Shown one piece after another: positions 39,619 to 49,467 of a stretch of DNA of 64,000 nt. Both the position numbers and the translations under genes were made by a program. Where the stretch lies: the NCBI GenBank assembly GCA_049840735.1, contig JASGJN010000020.1, positions 480,001 to 544,000 on the forward strand, given 5' to 3'. The notes under the pieces are model-generated. The model worked only from the letters and a program-made list of their open reading frames with translations. It made no database searches and was not told the DNA's origin. The DNA is from Anaeromyxobacter sp. Its GTDB lineage: Bacteria > Myxococcota > Myxococcia > Myxococcales > Anaeromyxobacteraceae. Position 1 is the first letter of the stretch. Every line of letters begins with the position of its first letter.

Positions 39619-40874
39619 CAGGACTCCAGGCGGCGGGGCGCCGCGAAGGGGAAGCGGGTCAGGTCGGCCAGCGCGGCCTCGAGGGCCAGCGTGGCGGCGC
39701 CCAGGGCGATGGCCCGGGCGCCGAGGGGGCTCGTGACGATGCGCGCGGCGGCCACGCTCGACACCAGCGTGCGTCCACGCACGGTGGCGCGCAGCGGCTC
39801 GAGCAGCGCCTCGCCCACGCGCGCCAGGCTCCCGCCCACGATCACCGCGGCGGGGTTGAGGAGGTTCAGGAGGCCGGCCACGGCGATGCCCAGGTGCCCG
39901 GCCGCGTCGCGCACCACGCGGAGCGCCAGCGGGTCGGCGGCCAGCGCCGCCTCCTCGATGCGGTCCAGGGAGAGCTCGCCGCGCGCGAGCAGGCTGCCCG
40001 GCGCCTCGGGCAGCAGCGCCGCCGCGCGCGCCACCAGCGCCTGCGCGCCGACCAGCGTGACCAGGCAGCCGCGCAGGCCACAGACGCACGGCGGGCCGTT
40101 GGGGTCGATGGCGAGGTGTCCGATCTCGCCGGCCACCCCGGTGGCGCCGCGGTAGATCTGCCCGCCGATGATCAGGCCCGAGCCGATGCCGGTGCCCAGC
40201 TTCACGTAGGCGACGTCCTGCACGCCCTGCCCTGCGCCCCACCAGCGCTCGGCCAGCGCGCCCAGGTTGGCGTCGTTGTCCACCAGCACCGGCACGCCGA
40301 ACCGCTCCTCCAGCGCCACGAAGCCGCCGCTGCCCTTCCAGGCCGGCAGCACCACGTCGGAGAGGCGGTCGGGATCGCGCGGATCGACCGGGGCCGGGAC
40401 CGCCACGCCAATCCCCACCAGCCGGTGCGGCCCCTGCCCCCAGCGCGCCAGGCACTCCTGGATGAGCGCCACGGCCAGGCTGCGGGTGCCCTCGGGGTCG
40501 GTGCGGACCGGATGCGCCCGGTCGGCCCAGGCCAGCACCTGGCCGCGCAGGTTGGTGAGGGCCACGCCGACGTGCGAGGCCCCGACGTCCACGCCCACCA
40601 GGCCGAACGCGTCGTCCTGGAACTGCAGCACGATGGGGCGCCGCCCGCGCACCGACTGCCCGGCCCCCACCTCCTGGACCAGGCCCGTGACGAGCAGCTC
40701 GTTCACGGTCTCGGACACGGTCGAGCGGGAGAGCTCCGTGCGCCGGGCGATCTCCGCCCGCGAGATGTTCCGCTCCGCCCAGATGAGCCGGAGGAGCGCC
40801 GCGGCGTGCGGCAGCCTGGGCGTCACCGCCGCCACCTCCACCGCCTCCGCCCCGCCCCTGCGCTGCCCCTGCAT
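39618..40874 (-). CDS. ROK-family transcriptional repressor (wHTH + ROK)
   Basis: ISRAEIARRTELSRSTVS HTH, GRRP linker, VDNDANLGALAE, GEIGH and CVCGLRGC motifs. GGAGG RBS. Confidence 0.93.
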   Translation of the reverse strand: MQGQRRGGAEAVEVAAVTPRLPHAAALLRLIWAERNISRAEIARRTELSRSTVSETVNELLVTGLVQEVGAGQSVRGRRPIVLQFQDDAFGLVGVDVGASHVGVALTNLRGQVLAWADRAHPVRTDPEGTRSLAVALIQECLARWGQGPHRLVGIGVAVPAPVDPRDPDRLSDVVLPAWKGSGGFVALEERFGVPVLVDNDANLGALAERWWGAGQGVQDVAYVKLGTGIGSGLIIGGQIYRGATGVAGEIGHLAIDPNGPPCVCGLRGCLVTLVGAQALVARAAALLPEAPGSLLARGELSLDRIEEAALAADPLALRVVRDAAGHLGIAVAGLLNLLNPAAVIVGGSLARVGEALLEPLRATVRGRTLVSSVAAARIVTSPLGARAIALGAATLALEAALADLTRFPFAAPRRLES

Positions 40875-40954
40875 GTGCGCCTCCGGTCTGCCCAGGCCTG
40901 CGTGGACCGGGCGGCGCCGCAGCGGCCGCCGCCCGGTCCCGAGCTGCTACGTGA

Positions 40955-43900
40955 CTACTTGTAGAAGTAGATGTTGTCCACCCACACCGAGGAGCCGGGG
41001 CTCCCCTGCAGCACCAGCTGCTCGAGGTGGGCGCGGGCCGTCGGGCCGCCCTGGAAGGCGGAGAACGGCACGTCGATGGAGACCCACTGGCCGGTGACGA
41101 GCGCGGGGCTGGTGACGGCGGTGAGGTTGAGCTGCCCCTCGCTGTCGTCCCCGCCGCCGAACTCGGCGTTCGCGCCGAAGTCCACCACCTTGAGGAGGAA
41201 CGAGGTGGCGTCGCCGGTCCAGATGTCCATGTGGACGTGGGTCATGGCGGTCGCGTCCACCGGGTGGCTCACGAACTCCACGCCGGCGTAGCCGAAGCCC
41301 GAGTACTTCTTGGCCGCGTCACCGGCGATGGTCACGTCGGTCACGGACGCCTGGCTCCAGGCCGCCAGCCAGCTGTCGACCGGCACGTTGTCGTAGGCCC
41401 CGGAGTAGAGGGAGATGACGTCCGTCGCGGTGCGCGCCGGCGGCGCCGGCGCGGCCGCCGTGGGCAGGCTCAGCCCCACCACGGTCACGGAGGTGAGGCC
41501 GTTCGCGGCCACGCCCTTGAACCTGGCCGTGATGTTGGTGGTGCCGGGCGCGACCGGGGTGATGACGCCGTCCGCGTCCACCGTCGCGGCGGCGGGGTTG
41601 GAGGACTCGTAGGTGAACCAGCCCGGGCCGACCGAGAGCACCTGGTGCCCGCCGGCGACGGCGTAGTCCAGCGACTGGCCCGCCACCGTGCCGGTGCTGC
41701 CGACGGTGATGGTCTTCGACTCCGTGGCGATGGCGGCCGCAGGCGCCCCGTAGGCGGACAGGTCGGCCACCTCGTACTGCACGTCGTCGAGCCAGATGAC
41801 CATGCCGCGGCCGAGATCCTGCGCCGCGTCGGCCACGAAGAAGACGCCCGGCTCGGCCGTGAGCTTCGAGGGGTCCGGCAGCGGGATGGTGAACTTCTGC
41901 CACTCGGTGGTCAGCGCGGCCTGGTGCCAGCTCACGGCGTAGGGGCTGGCGCCGTTGCGGTCGCCCAGGCCCACGCTGTCCAGCAGGTTCGGGTCGGTGG
42001 CCTTCGCCCAGAAGGTCAGGGCGTTGAAGCCGGACAGGTCGCGCGGCGCCGAGGCCAGGAACGCGCCGCCGATGTAGGCGCCGGGGCCCGGGACCGGGAC
42101 GAACATGCTGGCCGTGCCGGCGTGGTTGACGTTCGCGTCGGACGACGGGGCGCCGGCCGAGCCGCCGAAGGGCGAGTAGGCGAGATCGGTGGCCAGGGCG
42201 TCGTCGAAGACGGTCCCGCCGCCGACGGGAGGCTCCTCACCGGTGGTGTACAGGTAGACGTTGTCCACGTAGACGGTGGAGGAGGAGGACGAGAGGACGA
42301 GCTGGGCCAGGTGCGCCCGCGCCGCCAGGCCGCTGAACGCGGTGAGCGGGACGTCGACGGAGACCCACTGGCCGGTGGCGATGCCGTCGGTGACCACCGA
42401 GCCCTCGGTGTCGTCGCCGCCGCCGTAGGCGCCGTCGGCCCCGAAGTCCACCAGCTTCACGTCGACGTGGGTCGCGTCCGGCGTCCAGGCGTCCAGGTGG
42501 AAGCGGGTCATGGCCGTCGCGTCCACGGCCGGGAACTCGACCCCGGCGAACTGGAGGCCGGTGTACTTCTTGGCCGCGTCGCCGGCGATCTGGAGGTCCT
42601 CCACCGCGGCGCTGTCCCAGTCGGCCGACCAGGTGGTGACCGGCAGCTCGGCGTAGGCCCCGGAGAGGAGCGCCTTCACGTCGGCGGCGTCGCGGGCCGG
42701 CGGCGTGGGCGCCGGGGTGGAGGGCGTGGGCAGCGGCTCGGCGTCGCCCACGTAGAGGTACAGGTTGTCCAGGTAGACGGTGCTGTTCGAGCCGGAGAGG
42801 ATCACCTGCGCCAGGTGGGCGCGGTGGGTCAGGCCGGCGAAGCGGCTGAGCGGCACGTCGATGGAGACCCAGGTGTCCTGCGCCAGCGCCGGGCTGCTGC
42901 TCCCGTCGAAGATCAGCTCGTGCTCGGCGTCATCCCCGCCGCCGTAGGCGCCGTCGGCGCCGAAGTCCACCAGCTTCACCTTGATGAGCGTGGAGTCGTG
43001 CGTCCAGACGTCCGCGTGGAAGCGGGTGGTGGCGCTGGCGTCCACCGGCGGCAGCTCGATGCCGGCGTAGAGCAGGTTGGAGTACTTCTTGACCGGATCC
43101 GAGAAGAGCGCCAGGTCGGCCACGTCGGCCGAGTCCCACTCCGCCGACCAGGTGGTGACCGGCACGGCGGCGTAGGCGTCGGAGAAGAGCGACACCACCT
43201 CGGCCGCCGGGCGGGCCGGGGGCACCGGCGCCGCGCTGGCCGGCATGTTGGCCTCGCTGACGTTGACGGTCAGGGCGCCCTGGGCGTCCACCGTGCCCAG
43301 CCGGGCGGTGATGACGGCCGTGCCCACCGCCTGCGCGGTGGCCAGGCCGTCGGCGTCCACGGTGGCCACGTCCGCGGCGGAGGAGGAGAAGGTGAGATAC
43401 CGGGCCGACATGGACTCGGTCACCGGCACGTTGTTCACCGGGAAGGTGACCGTGATCTCGCTCACCTGGGCGGTCGTCCCCACCTCGCGGGCGACGGTCT
43501 CCTCCTTGATGGACGGCACCGGCGCGCCGAGCACCGAGGCGTCCAGCGCCTCGAACTTCATGTCGTCGAGCCAGAGGGTGTAGCCGCCGGTCTCCGCCTC
43601 TGCGAAGTAGAAGAGCCCGGCCTCGGACGCGAGCACCGAGGGATCGGGGAGCGGCAGCACGACCTTCTGCCAGTCGGTGCCAACCGCCAGCTCGCCGAGG
43701 TGGACGTCGTGCGCGACGTTGCCGGTGTTGTCGTTGCCGAAGCCCACCACGTCCACCGTGGCCGGCGCCGAGGCCTTGGCCCAGAAGGTCAGGGCGTTGA
43801 AGGTGCGCAGGTCGCGCGGCGAGGTGGACTTGAGCACGCCGCCGGTCCAGCCGGTGGTGGGCACCCCGATCCGCAGCGAGGCGCTGCCGGCATGGGCCAC

Positions 43901-44092
43901 CGTGGTGTCCTTGCCGAGGTCCGCGACCGCCCCGTCCCCGAACATCTCGAACGTGACGCCGCTGGCGAACTCGTCGTCGAAGACCTTGTCCAGCACCTCG
44001 GGCTTGGGGGCGGACTCGCCCTTGCAGCCGATCAGCATGAAGGCTGCGAGCGCCGGGACGGCGAGGCTCGACAGCCAGTTCCGAGAAGTCAT
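40955..44092 (-). CDS. Large repeat-containing surface lipoprotein, putative beta-glucan-binding (2 type-A modules + 2 Ig + 3 type-B modules)
   Basis: Lipobox LIGC. Two VFDD...RDL..FNALTFWAKA...WQK...PLPDPS modules and three AP.PPAR...V.SL.S.AY...VDFGA.G..GGGDD...W.S.DVP...DN.Y.Y modules. No catalytic motif seen. Confidence 0.75.
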   Translation of the reverse strand: MTSRNWLSSLAVPALAAFMLIGCKGESAPKPEVLDKVFDDEFASGVTFEMFGDGAVADLGKDTTVAHAGSASLRIGVPTTGWTGGVLKSTSPRDLRTFNALTFWAKASAPATVDVVGFGNDNTGNVAHDVHLGELAVGTDWQKVVLPLPDPSVLASEAGLFYFAEAETGGYTLWLDDMKFEALDASVLGAPVPSIKEETVAREVGTTAQVSEITVTFPVNNVPVTESMSARYLTFSSSAADVATVDADGLATAQAVGTAVITARLGTVDAQGALTVNVSEANMPASAAPVPPARPAAEVVSLFSDAYAAVPVTTWSAEWDSADVADLALFSDPVKKYSNLLYAGIELPPVDASATTRFHADVWTHDSTLIKVKLVDFGADGAYGGGDDAEHELIFDGSSSPALAQDTWVSIDVPLSRFAGLTHRAHLAQVILSGSNSTVYLDNLYLYVGDAEPLPTPSTPAPTPPARDAADVKALLSGAYAELPVTTWSADWDSAAVEDLQIAGDAAKKYTGLQFAGVEFPAVDATAMTRFHLDAWTPDATHVDVKLVDFGADGAYGGGDDTEGSVVTDGIATGQWVSVDVPLTAFSGLAARAHLAQLVLSSSSSTVYVDNVYLYTTGEEPPVGGGTVFDDALATDLAYSPFGGSAGAPSSDANVNHAGTASMFVPVPGPGAYIGGAFLASAPRDLSGFNALTFWAKATDPNLLDSVGLGDRNGASPYAVSWHQAALTTEWQKFTIPLPDPSKLTAEPGVFFVADAAQDLGRGMVIWLDDVQYEVADLSAYGAPAAAIATESKTITVGSTGTVAGQSLDYAVAGGHQVLSVGPGWFTYESSNPAAATVDADGVITPVAPGTTNITARFKGVAANGLTSVTVVGLSLPTAAAPAPPARTATDVISLYSGAYDNVPVDSWLAAWSQASVTDVTIAGDAAKKYSGFGYAGVEFVSHPVDATAMTHVHMDIWTGDATSFLLKVVDFGANAEFGGGDDSEGQLNLTAVTSPALVTGQWVSIDVPFSAFQGGPTARAHLEQLVLQGSPGSSVWVDNIYFYK

Positions 44093-44166
44093 CGGGTTTC
44101 TCCCATGAGCTGCACGCGCGCGCTGTGGCTGCCGGCCTGACGCTCCCCCGGACAGCGCCGAATTTG

Positions 44167-44212
44167 TTTGTTCGGCGTACGAACTATTTCGCGACCGGAC
44201 TGCGCATGTCAA
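44167..44212 (-). promoter_or_regulatory. -35 TTGACA plus ROK-type operator TTTGTTCG-GCGTA-CGAACTAT
   Basis: Near-palindrome at 44167-44187 and TGTCAA at 44207-44212, 75 nt upstream of the lipoprotein start. Confidence 0.75.
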
Positions 44213-44400
44213 GGAGCGCGGTTCAGGATTTGTGAATCAGCGGATTTATGGCTGTATAAACAGCATGTTACGCTGCGGATCGCCGGATCTGGTCAGCGCT
44301 CGCACGGCCCCGCACTGCGGCAGCGCCGCGCAGCGGCATCCTAACCCGAGAGAGCCAGATGAAGCACCCGACCAAGCCGCGCGGCCGCGCCGGCCCGAGC

Positions 44401-45513
44401 TCAATCGATGCGGGCCAGCTGCTCCAGCGCGAACGCGTAGGCCCCGAGCGCCATGGCCTCGCTGGTCCCCAGCCGCGAGAGCCCCACGCCCGTCCGCCGG
44501 AGCGGATCATAGGGCACGGTCCGGCCGCCCGGGCCGACCGGGATGCGGCGCACCTCACCCTGGAAGAAGGCCGCCCGCTCGCGCGAATCCTCGAGATCGT
44601 AGGGCCTCGCCAGCAGCCTCGGCTCCTCCCGTCCGTCCAGCCAGCGCAGCCGGCCGCGCATCGCCTCCAGCAGCGCCGGCAGCAGGTGCGGCGCCGCCGC
44701 CGAGAGCCCCCCACCCAGCACCACCAGCCCGTCCATCACCGCCACCGCCGTGGCGATGGCGTCGCCGGCCACCGCGCCCATCGCGCGCCAGGCCTCGCGC
44801 GCAGCGTCCCGGTCACCGTCGGCGGACCCGTCGGCGATGGCGGCGATCACCTTCGGCTCCGGCGCGTGCTCCGGCGCCAGCCCCGCGCGCTCGGCGTAGA
44901 CCCGCCGCACGGCGCGGATCGACGCGCCCTCCTCGACGAACACCCCGCGCTGCTCCGGGTGGCGCAGCGTCCAGACCTGCGCGGCGGCCGAGTTGTCGCC
45001 CCGCAGCAGGCGCCCGTCCACCACCAGCCCGCCGCCGAGGCCGGTGCCCAGGGTGAAGCCGATCAGCGTGCCGAAGCGGCGCGGCGCCCCGGCCGCGGCC
45101 AGCTGGCCGTTCACCCAGGGCAAAAGCCCGCCCAGCGCCTCGCCGTACGCGAAGAGCGCGCCGTCGTTGTTGATGAAGACCGGGAGCCCGAAGCGCTCCT
45201 CCAGGAGCGGCCCCAGCGCCACGCCGCCGCGGAAGGCCGGCAGGTTGGGCAGGTCGCCGATGATGCCGTGGGCGTAGTCGGCCGGCCCGGGGAAGGCGAA
45301 GGAGAGCGCCACCGCCGACCGGCCGGTGGACTGGTGCACCGCCTCGAACCCGTCCAGCAGCTGCCCCAGGCAACGGTCCAGGTCGTCGCCCAGCGTGGGC
45401 ATGCGCAACGGCTCCAGCACGGCCCGGCCGCCCTGCACGGCGTTGAAGCGGAAGCTGGTCCCGCCCGCGTCCACGGTCAGGACCACCCGCCGGTCGTCCC
45501 GCAGCGTCAGCAT
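44401..45513 (-). CDS. ROK-family sugar kinase (no HTH)
   Basis: TVDAGGTS ATP motif, FAFPGPADY, INNDGALFAYGE and TLGTGLGGG. Confidence 0.85.
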   Translation of the reverse strand: MLTLRDDRRVVLTVDAGGTSFRFNAVQGGRAVLEPLRMPTLGDDLDRCLGQLLDGFEAVHQSTGRSAVALSFAFPGPADYAHGIIGDLPNLPAFRGGVALGPLLEERFGLPVFINNDGALFAYGEALGGLLPWVNGQLAAAGAPRRFGTLIGFTLGTGLGGGLVVDGRLLRGDNSAAAQVWTLRHPEQRGVFVEEGASIRAVRRVYAERAGLAPEHAPEPKVIAAIADGSADGDRDAAREAWRAMGAVAGDAIATAVAVMDGLVVLGGGLSAAAPHLLPALLEAMRGRLRWLDGREEPRLLARPYDLEDSRERAAFFQGEVRRIPVGPGGRTVPYDPLRRTGVGLSRLGTSEAMALGAYAFALEQLARID

Positions 45514-45595
45514 GCCCAGACGCTTTCATGGGGCTCGGCCGCCGGCAAGGGGGGCCGCGCGTGCCCCGGCCGGCGGGGCGGCCTATGCTCCGCGG

Positions 45596-46177
45596 GTGAG
45601 CGCCCGCGCCCTGCTGCTGGCCCTCCTCGGGCTCGCGCCGCTGGCCGCCGGGGCCGGTCCGGAGGGCGTCTACCGCATGTCCTTCCAGGCCCGCCTCGAG
45701 GCGCCGCCGCTGCTCCACCGGGACGAGCCGCTCCCCGCCGACGCGATCCTCTCCAGCTCCACTGGCGCCGGCGCGGCGCGCCTGCGGCTGCGCGCCCAGG
45801 GGCTCGTCTGCACGCTGGAGGTACGGCTCGCGCCCGGGGGCGCGCTCTCGCTGCCCGCCGGCCAGCGCTGCCCGCTGGAGCTGGACGCGCCGGCCGCGCG
45901 CGGGCACGTCCTGGCGCTCCTGGAGTCGGGCCGGGGCCAGGTGGGCGGCGGGCGGCTCAGCCTGGAGCTGCGGTTCAAGCTGGACGGGACCGTGCGCCTG
46001 CTGGAGCGGCTGCCAGGGCTGGACGTGGCCCTGCCCGGCCAGTCCGACGTCCCGGTGAAGGGGGTGGCCGAGGGGCGCGGCGAAGGGAAGCGCGACGAAT
46101 CGCGCGCCGCCGAGGAGGCCCTTCGACAGGCCCAGGGTGGCCCGGACCAGCGGGACTTGACGGGGCATCCGCGATGA
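45596..46177 (+). CDS. Hypothetical exported protein
   Basis: GTG start, signal peptide ALLLALLGLAPLAAGA, beta-rich body with two Cys. Confidence 0.5.
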   Translation: MSARALLLALLGLAPLAAGAGPEGVYRMSFQARLEAPPLLHRDEPLPADAILSSSTGAGAARLRLRAQGLVCTLEVRLAPGGALSLPAGQRCPLELDAPAARGHVLALLESGRGQVGGGRLSLELRFKLDGTVRLLERLPGLDVALPGQSDVPVKGVAEGRGEGKRDESRAAEEALRQAQGGPDQRDLTGHPR

Positions 46178-46199
46178 CGGATGTTCCTCCACCACTCCC

Positions 46200-46787
46200 A
46201 TGAGCGACGCCACCCCCCTGCTCCCGCTGTTCGTGAAGCTGGCCGGCAAGCCGGTGGTGGTGGTCGGCGCCGGCCCCATGGGCACGCAGCGCGTGGGCCA
46301 GCTGGCCGAGCTCGGCGCCCGCGTGACCGTGGTCGCCCCGGAGGTCTCGCCCGAGGCCGCGGCCCGCGCCGCGGAGGTGCGCCGGAGGGCGTTCCGGCCG
46401 GAGGATCTCGACGGCGCCTGGCTGGCCGTGGCGGCGGCGCCGCCGCAGGTGAACGCCGCGGTGGCCGAGGCCGCCGAGGCGCGGCGCATCCTGGTGAACG
46501 CGGTGGACGATCCGTCGCGCGCCACCGCCTACCTGGGCGGCGTGATCCGGCGCGGCGAGGCGGTGGTCGCCATCTCGACCGGCGGCCGCGCCCCGGCGCT
46601 GGCGGGCCTGCTCCGCGAGGCGCTGGACGCGCTGCTGCCGCAGGACGCGGCCCGCTGGGTGGAGGTGGCCGAGGCCCAGCGCGCTCCCTGGAAGCAGGCC
46701 GGCGTGCCCATGGCCGAGCGACGCCCGCTGCTGCTCGAGCGGCTGCTCGCCCTGTACGACGGGCGGCGCGCCGATCCCGCCCCCTGA
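46200..46787 (+). CDS. Precorrin-2 dehydrogenase/sirohydrochlorin ferrochelatase (CysG N-terminal/SirC-like)
   Basis: LPLFVKLAGKPVVVVGAG, LVNAVDDP and VAISTGGRAPALA motifs. Confidence 0.9.
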   Translation: MSDATPLLPLFVKLAGKPVVVVGAGPMGTQRVGQLAELGARVTVVAPEVSPEAAARAAEVRRRAFRPEDLDGAWLAVAAAPPQVNAAVAEAAEARRILVNAVDDPSRATAYLGGVIRRGEAVVAISTGGRAPALAGLLREALDALLPQDAARWVEVAEAQRAPWKQAGVPMAERRPLLLERLLALYDGRRADPAP

Positions 46788-46809
46788 CGGGCGGAGGCGC
46801 CTCCTCCGC

Positions 46810-46839
46810 TTGACCAGACGCCCGTCCGTTATATAGGAT
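46810..46839 (+). promoter_or_regulatory. Candidate sigma70 promoter (TTGACC ... TATAGGAT)
   Basis: TTGACC at 46810-46815 and an AT-rich -10-like tract at 46830-46839 in GC-rich DNA upstream of cobA. Confidence 0.4.
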
Positions 46840-46891
46840 GATCCTGTCGCCGCGCAGGACGTGCGCTGCGGCGCACGAAAGCGAGGGCACG

Positions 46892-47671
46892 GTGAGCGGG
46901 TTCGTTTCGCTGGTGGGCGCGGGGCCGGGAGATCCGGAGCTGCTGACGCTGAAGGCGGCGCGGCGGCTGGCCGAGGCGGACCTGGTCCTCTACGACGCGC
47001 TGGTGAGCGGCGAGGTGCTGGCCCACGCGCGCGGCGCCCACTGCTTCTTCGTCGGCAAGCGCAGCGGCGCACCGGGCGTGAAGCAGGCCACCATCCACCG
47101 CATGCTCGTCGGGGCCGCGCGGCTGGGGAAGCGGGTGGTCCGGCTCAAGTGCGGCGATCCGTTCGTGCTCGGGCGCGGCGGCGAGGAGGCGCTGGCGCTG
47201 GCCGCGGCAGGCATCCCGCACGAGGTGATCCCCGGCGTCAGCTCGGCGCTGGCGGCGCCGGCGCTGGCCGGCATCCCGCTCACCCACCGCGGCCTGGCCT
47301 CCGGCTTCGCCGTCCTCTCCGGCCACGCCGAGGAGGCCTGGCAGCCCATCCTCTCGGCCATCGCGCCCGGCTCGCTCAGCCTGGTGGTGCTGATGGGGCT
47401 CTCGGCCCGGGCGCAGATCGCCCGCGCCCTCCTCGACCGCGGCTGGTCCCGCAGCACCCCGGCCGCCGTCCTGCTGGCAGCGTCCACGCCGCGCGCCGCC
47501 GCCTGGCACGGGCCGCTCTCCGACCTGGGCACCGCCCCGGTCGAGGAGGCCAGCCCGGGCGCGCCGGCCACGCTGGTGATCGGGCCGGTGGTGGCGCTGG
47601 CCGGCGAGACCGGCCTCGCGCCCGCGGCGCATGCCCCGCCCGCGCTGGCGGCGCAGGGAGGTGTCCAGTGA
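46892..47671 (+). CDS. cobA: Uroporphyrinogen-III C-methyltransferase
   Basis: VSLVGAGPGDPELLTLKA, VRLKCGDPFVLGRGGEE and VIPGVSS motifs. Confidence 0.93.
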   Translation: MSGFVSLVGAGPGDPELLTLKAARRLAEADLVLYDALVSGEVLAHARGAHCFFVGKRSGAPGVKQATIHRMLVGAARLGKRVVRLKCGDPFVLGRGGEEALALAAAGIPHEVIPGVSSALAAPALAGIPLTHRGLASGFAVLSGHAEEAWQPILSAIAPGSLSLVVLMGLSARAQIARALLDRGWSRSTPAAVLLAASTPRAAAWHGPLSDLGTAPVEEASPGAPATLVIGPVVALAGETGLAPAAHAPPALAAQGGVQ

Positions 47672-49467
47672 GCGGCGCGGGCGAGGCGCGGACGAGGGCC
47701 GGGTTCGCCGACCCGGCCGACGCGGATCGCTTCCTGGAGAAGCTGGGACAGTACGAGCGCGGCGAGATCGGCCCGGACGACTGGCGCGCCTTCCGCCTGC
47801 TGCGCGGCACCTACCCGCAGCGGCAGGAGGGCGTGAACATGCTCCGGGTGAAGCTGCCCCAGGGCGTGGTGGGCGCGGCCCAGCTGCGCGCCCTGGCCGA
47901 CGTCGCGGCCGGGCATTCGCGCGGGTTCCTGCACGTCACCACCCGCCAGAACGTGCAGCTCCACTTCGTCCCCACCGCCTCGCTGGGGCCGGCCATGGCG
48001 CGGCTGGCCCAGGACGGCCTCACCACCGTCGAGGCCTGCGGCAACTCGGTGCGCAACGTGGTGGGCTGCCCGGACGCCGGCGTCTCGGCGGACGAGGTCT
48101 TCGATCCCACGCCCTACGCCGAGGCGCTGACCCGCCACTTCCTGCGCCTGCCGCTGGCCTCCACGCTGCCGCGCAAGTTCAAGATCGCCTTCGAGGGCTG
48201 CGCCCAGGACCACGTCCTGACCGCCATCCACGACCTGGGCTTCCGCGCCCGGGTGGTGGACGGGCGGCGCGGCTTCGCGGTGGGCGCGGCGGGCGGCACG
48301 GCCACGCTCTGCACCTCGGCCTACCCGCTGGCGGCGTTCCTGCCGGCGGGCGAGCTGCTCTCGTTCACCGAGGCGGTGCTGCAGGTCTTCCACCGGCTGG
48401 GCGACCGGCAGAACCGCAAGAAGAACCGGATGAAGTTCCTGGTGAAGCAGCTGGGCTTCGACCGGTTCAAGGCCGAGGTCGAGGCCGAGCTGGCGGCGGT
48501 GCGCGCCCGCGGGGGCGTGCCGCTGCCGTTCGACCCCGAGGCGCCGCCCGCCGAAGGCCCGCCGGCGACGCGCGGGCCGGTCCCCTCCCCTGCCGCGCTG
48601 GCGGCGCTGGTGGCCGAGGCGCCGGTCCGCGGCCCCGGCGTGGTCCCGGCCGTCGCGACCACGCTCTCGCCCGCTCCGGCCGCGCTGGAGACCTGGCGGC
48701 GCACCAACGTGCGCCCGCAGCGCCAGGCCGGGTTCGTGCTCGCCACGGTGGCGCTGCCCATCGGCGACCTCACCAGCGGCCAGCTCCGGGCCCTGGCCCT
48801 GGTGGCCGAGGCCTACGGCGACGCCACCGTCCGGTTCACGCCGCGCCAGGACCTGGTGCTGCGCTGGGTCCCGGCGGAGGTGGTGCCGGCGCTCCACGGC
48901 GCGCTGGCCGCCGCCGGGCTGGCGCGCGACGGCGCCGGCACCGCCGGCAACGTGGTGAGCTGCCCGGGCGCCGAGTCCTGCCGCCTGGCCGTCACCCGCT
49001 CGCGCGGCATCGCCGAGGCGGTGGAGGCCCGGGTCCGCGGCGACGCCGCGCTGGCGGCCCTGCCAGCGGACGTCAACGTGAGCGGCTGCCCCAACGGCTG
49101 CGGCCAGCACCACGTCTCGGCCATCGGCCTGCAGGGCAGCGCCCGCAAGGTGGACGGCCGCCCGGCCCCCCAGTACTTCGTGCTGGTGGGGGGCGGAGAC
49201 GCCGGTGACGGGAAGGCCGCGTTCGGCCGCATCGCCGCCAAGGTCCCGGCCCGCCGCGCCCCCGAGGCGGTGGCCCGCCTGCTGGGGCTCTACCAGCGCG
49301 AGCGCGCCGCCGGCGAGGACGCCTCCCGCTTCTTCCGGCGCCTGCCCGCAGACCAGGTCAAGGCGCTGCTGCGCGATCTGGAGCCGCTCGATCCCGCGGC
49401 GGTCGATCCGCAGGACTTCGTGGACCTCGGCGACGACCAGCCCTTCGTGGTGACGAGCGAGGGCTGA
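47668..49467 (+). CDS. Siroheme nitrite/sulfite reductase (ferredoxin-dependent type)
   Basis: [19 protein letters not shown] and LPRKFK motifs. 4Fe-4S/siroheme ligands CPGAESC and SGCPNGC. Confidence 0.9.
   Translation: MSGAGEARTRAGFADPADADRFLEKLGQYERGEIGPDDWRAFRLLRGTYPQRQEGVNMLRVKLPQGVVGAAQLRALADVAAGHSRGFLHVTTRQNVQLHFVPTASLGPAMARLAQDGLTTVEACGNSVRNVVGCPDAGVSADEVFDPTPYAEALTRHFLRLPLASTLPRKFKIAFEGCAQDHVLTAIHDLGFRARVVDGRRGFAVGAAGGTATLCTSAYPLAAFLPAGELLSFTEAVLQVFHRLGDRQNRKKNRMKFLVKQLGFDRFKAEVEAELAAVRARGGVPLPFDPEAPPAEGPPATRGPVPSPAALAALVAEAPVRGPGVVPAVATTLSPAPAALETWRRTNVRPQRQAGFVLATVALPIGDLTSGQLRALALVAEAYGDATVRFTPRQDLVLRWVPAEVVPALHGALAAAGLARDGAGTAGNVVSCPGAESCRLAVTRSRGIAEAVEARVRGDAALAALPADVNVSGCPNGCGQHHVSAIGLQGSARKVDGRPAPQYFVLVGGGDAGDGKAAFGRIAAKVPARRAPEAVARLLGLYQRERAAGEDASRFFRRLPADQVKALLRDLEPLDPAAVDPQDFVDLGDDQPFVVTSEG

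Noticed and set aside
44251..44264. GCTGT-ATAA-ACAGC palindrome as an SOS/LexA box
   Set aside because: The spacing is CTGT-N4-ACAG rather than N8 and there is only one copy. It could be another factor's site, but that is unsupported.
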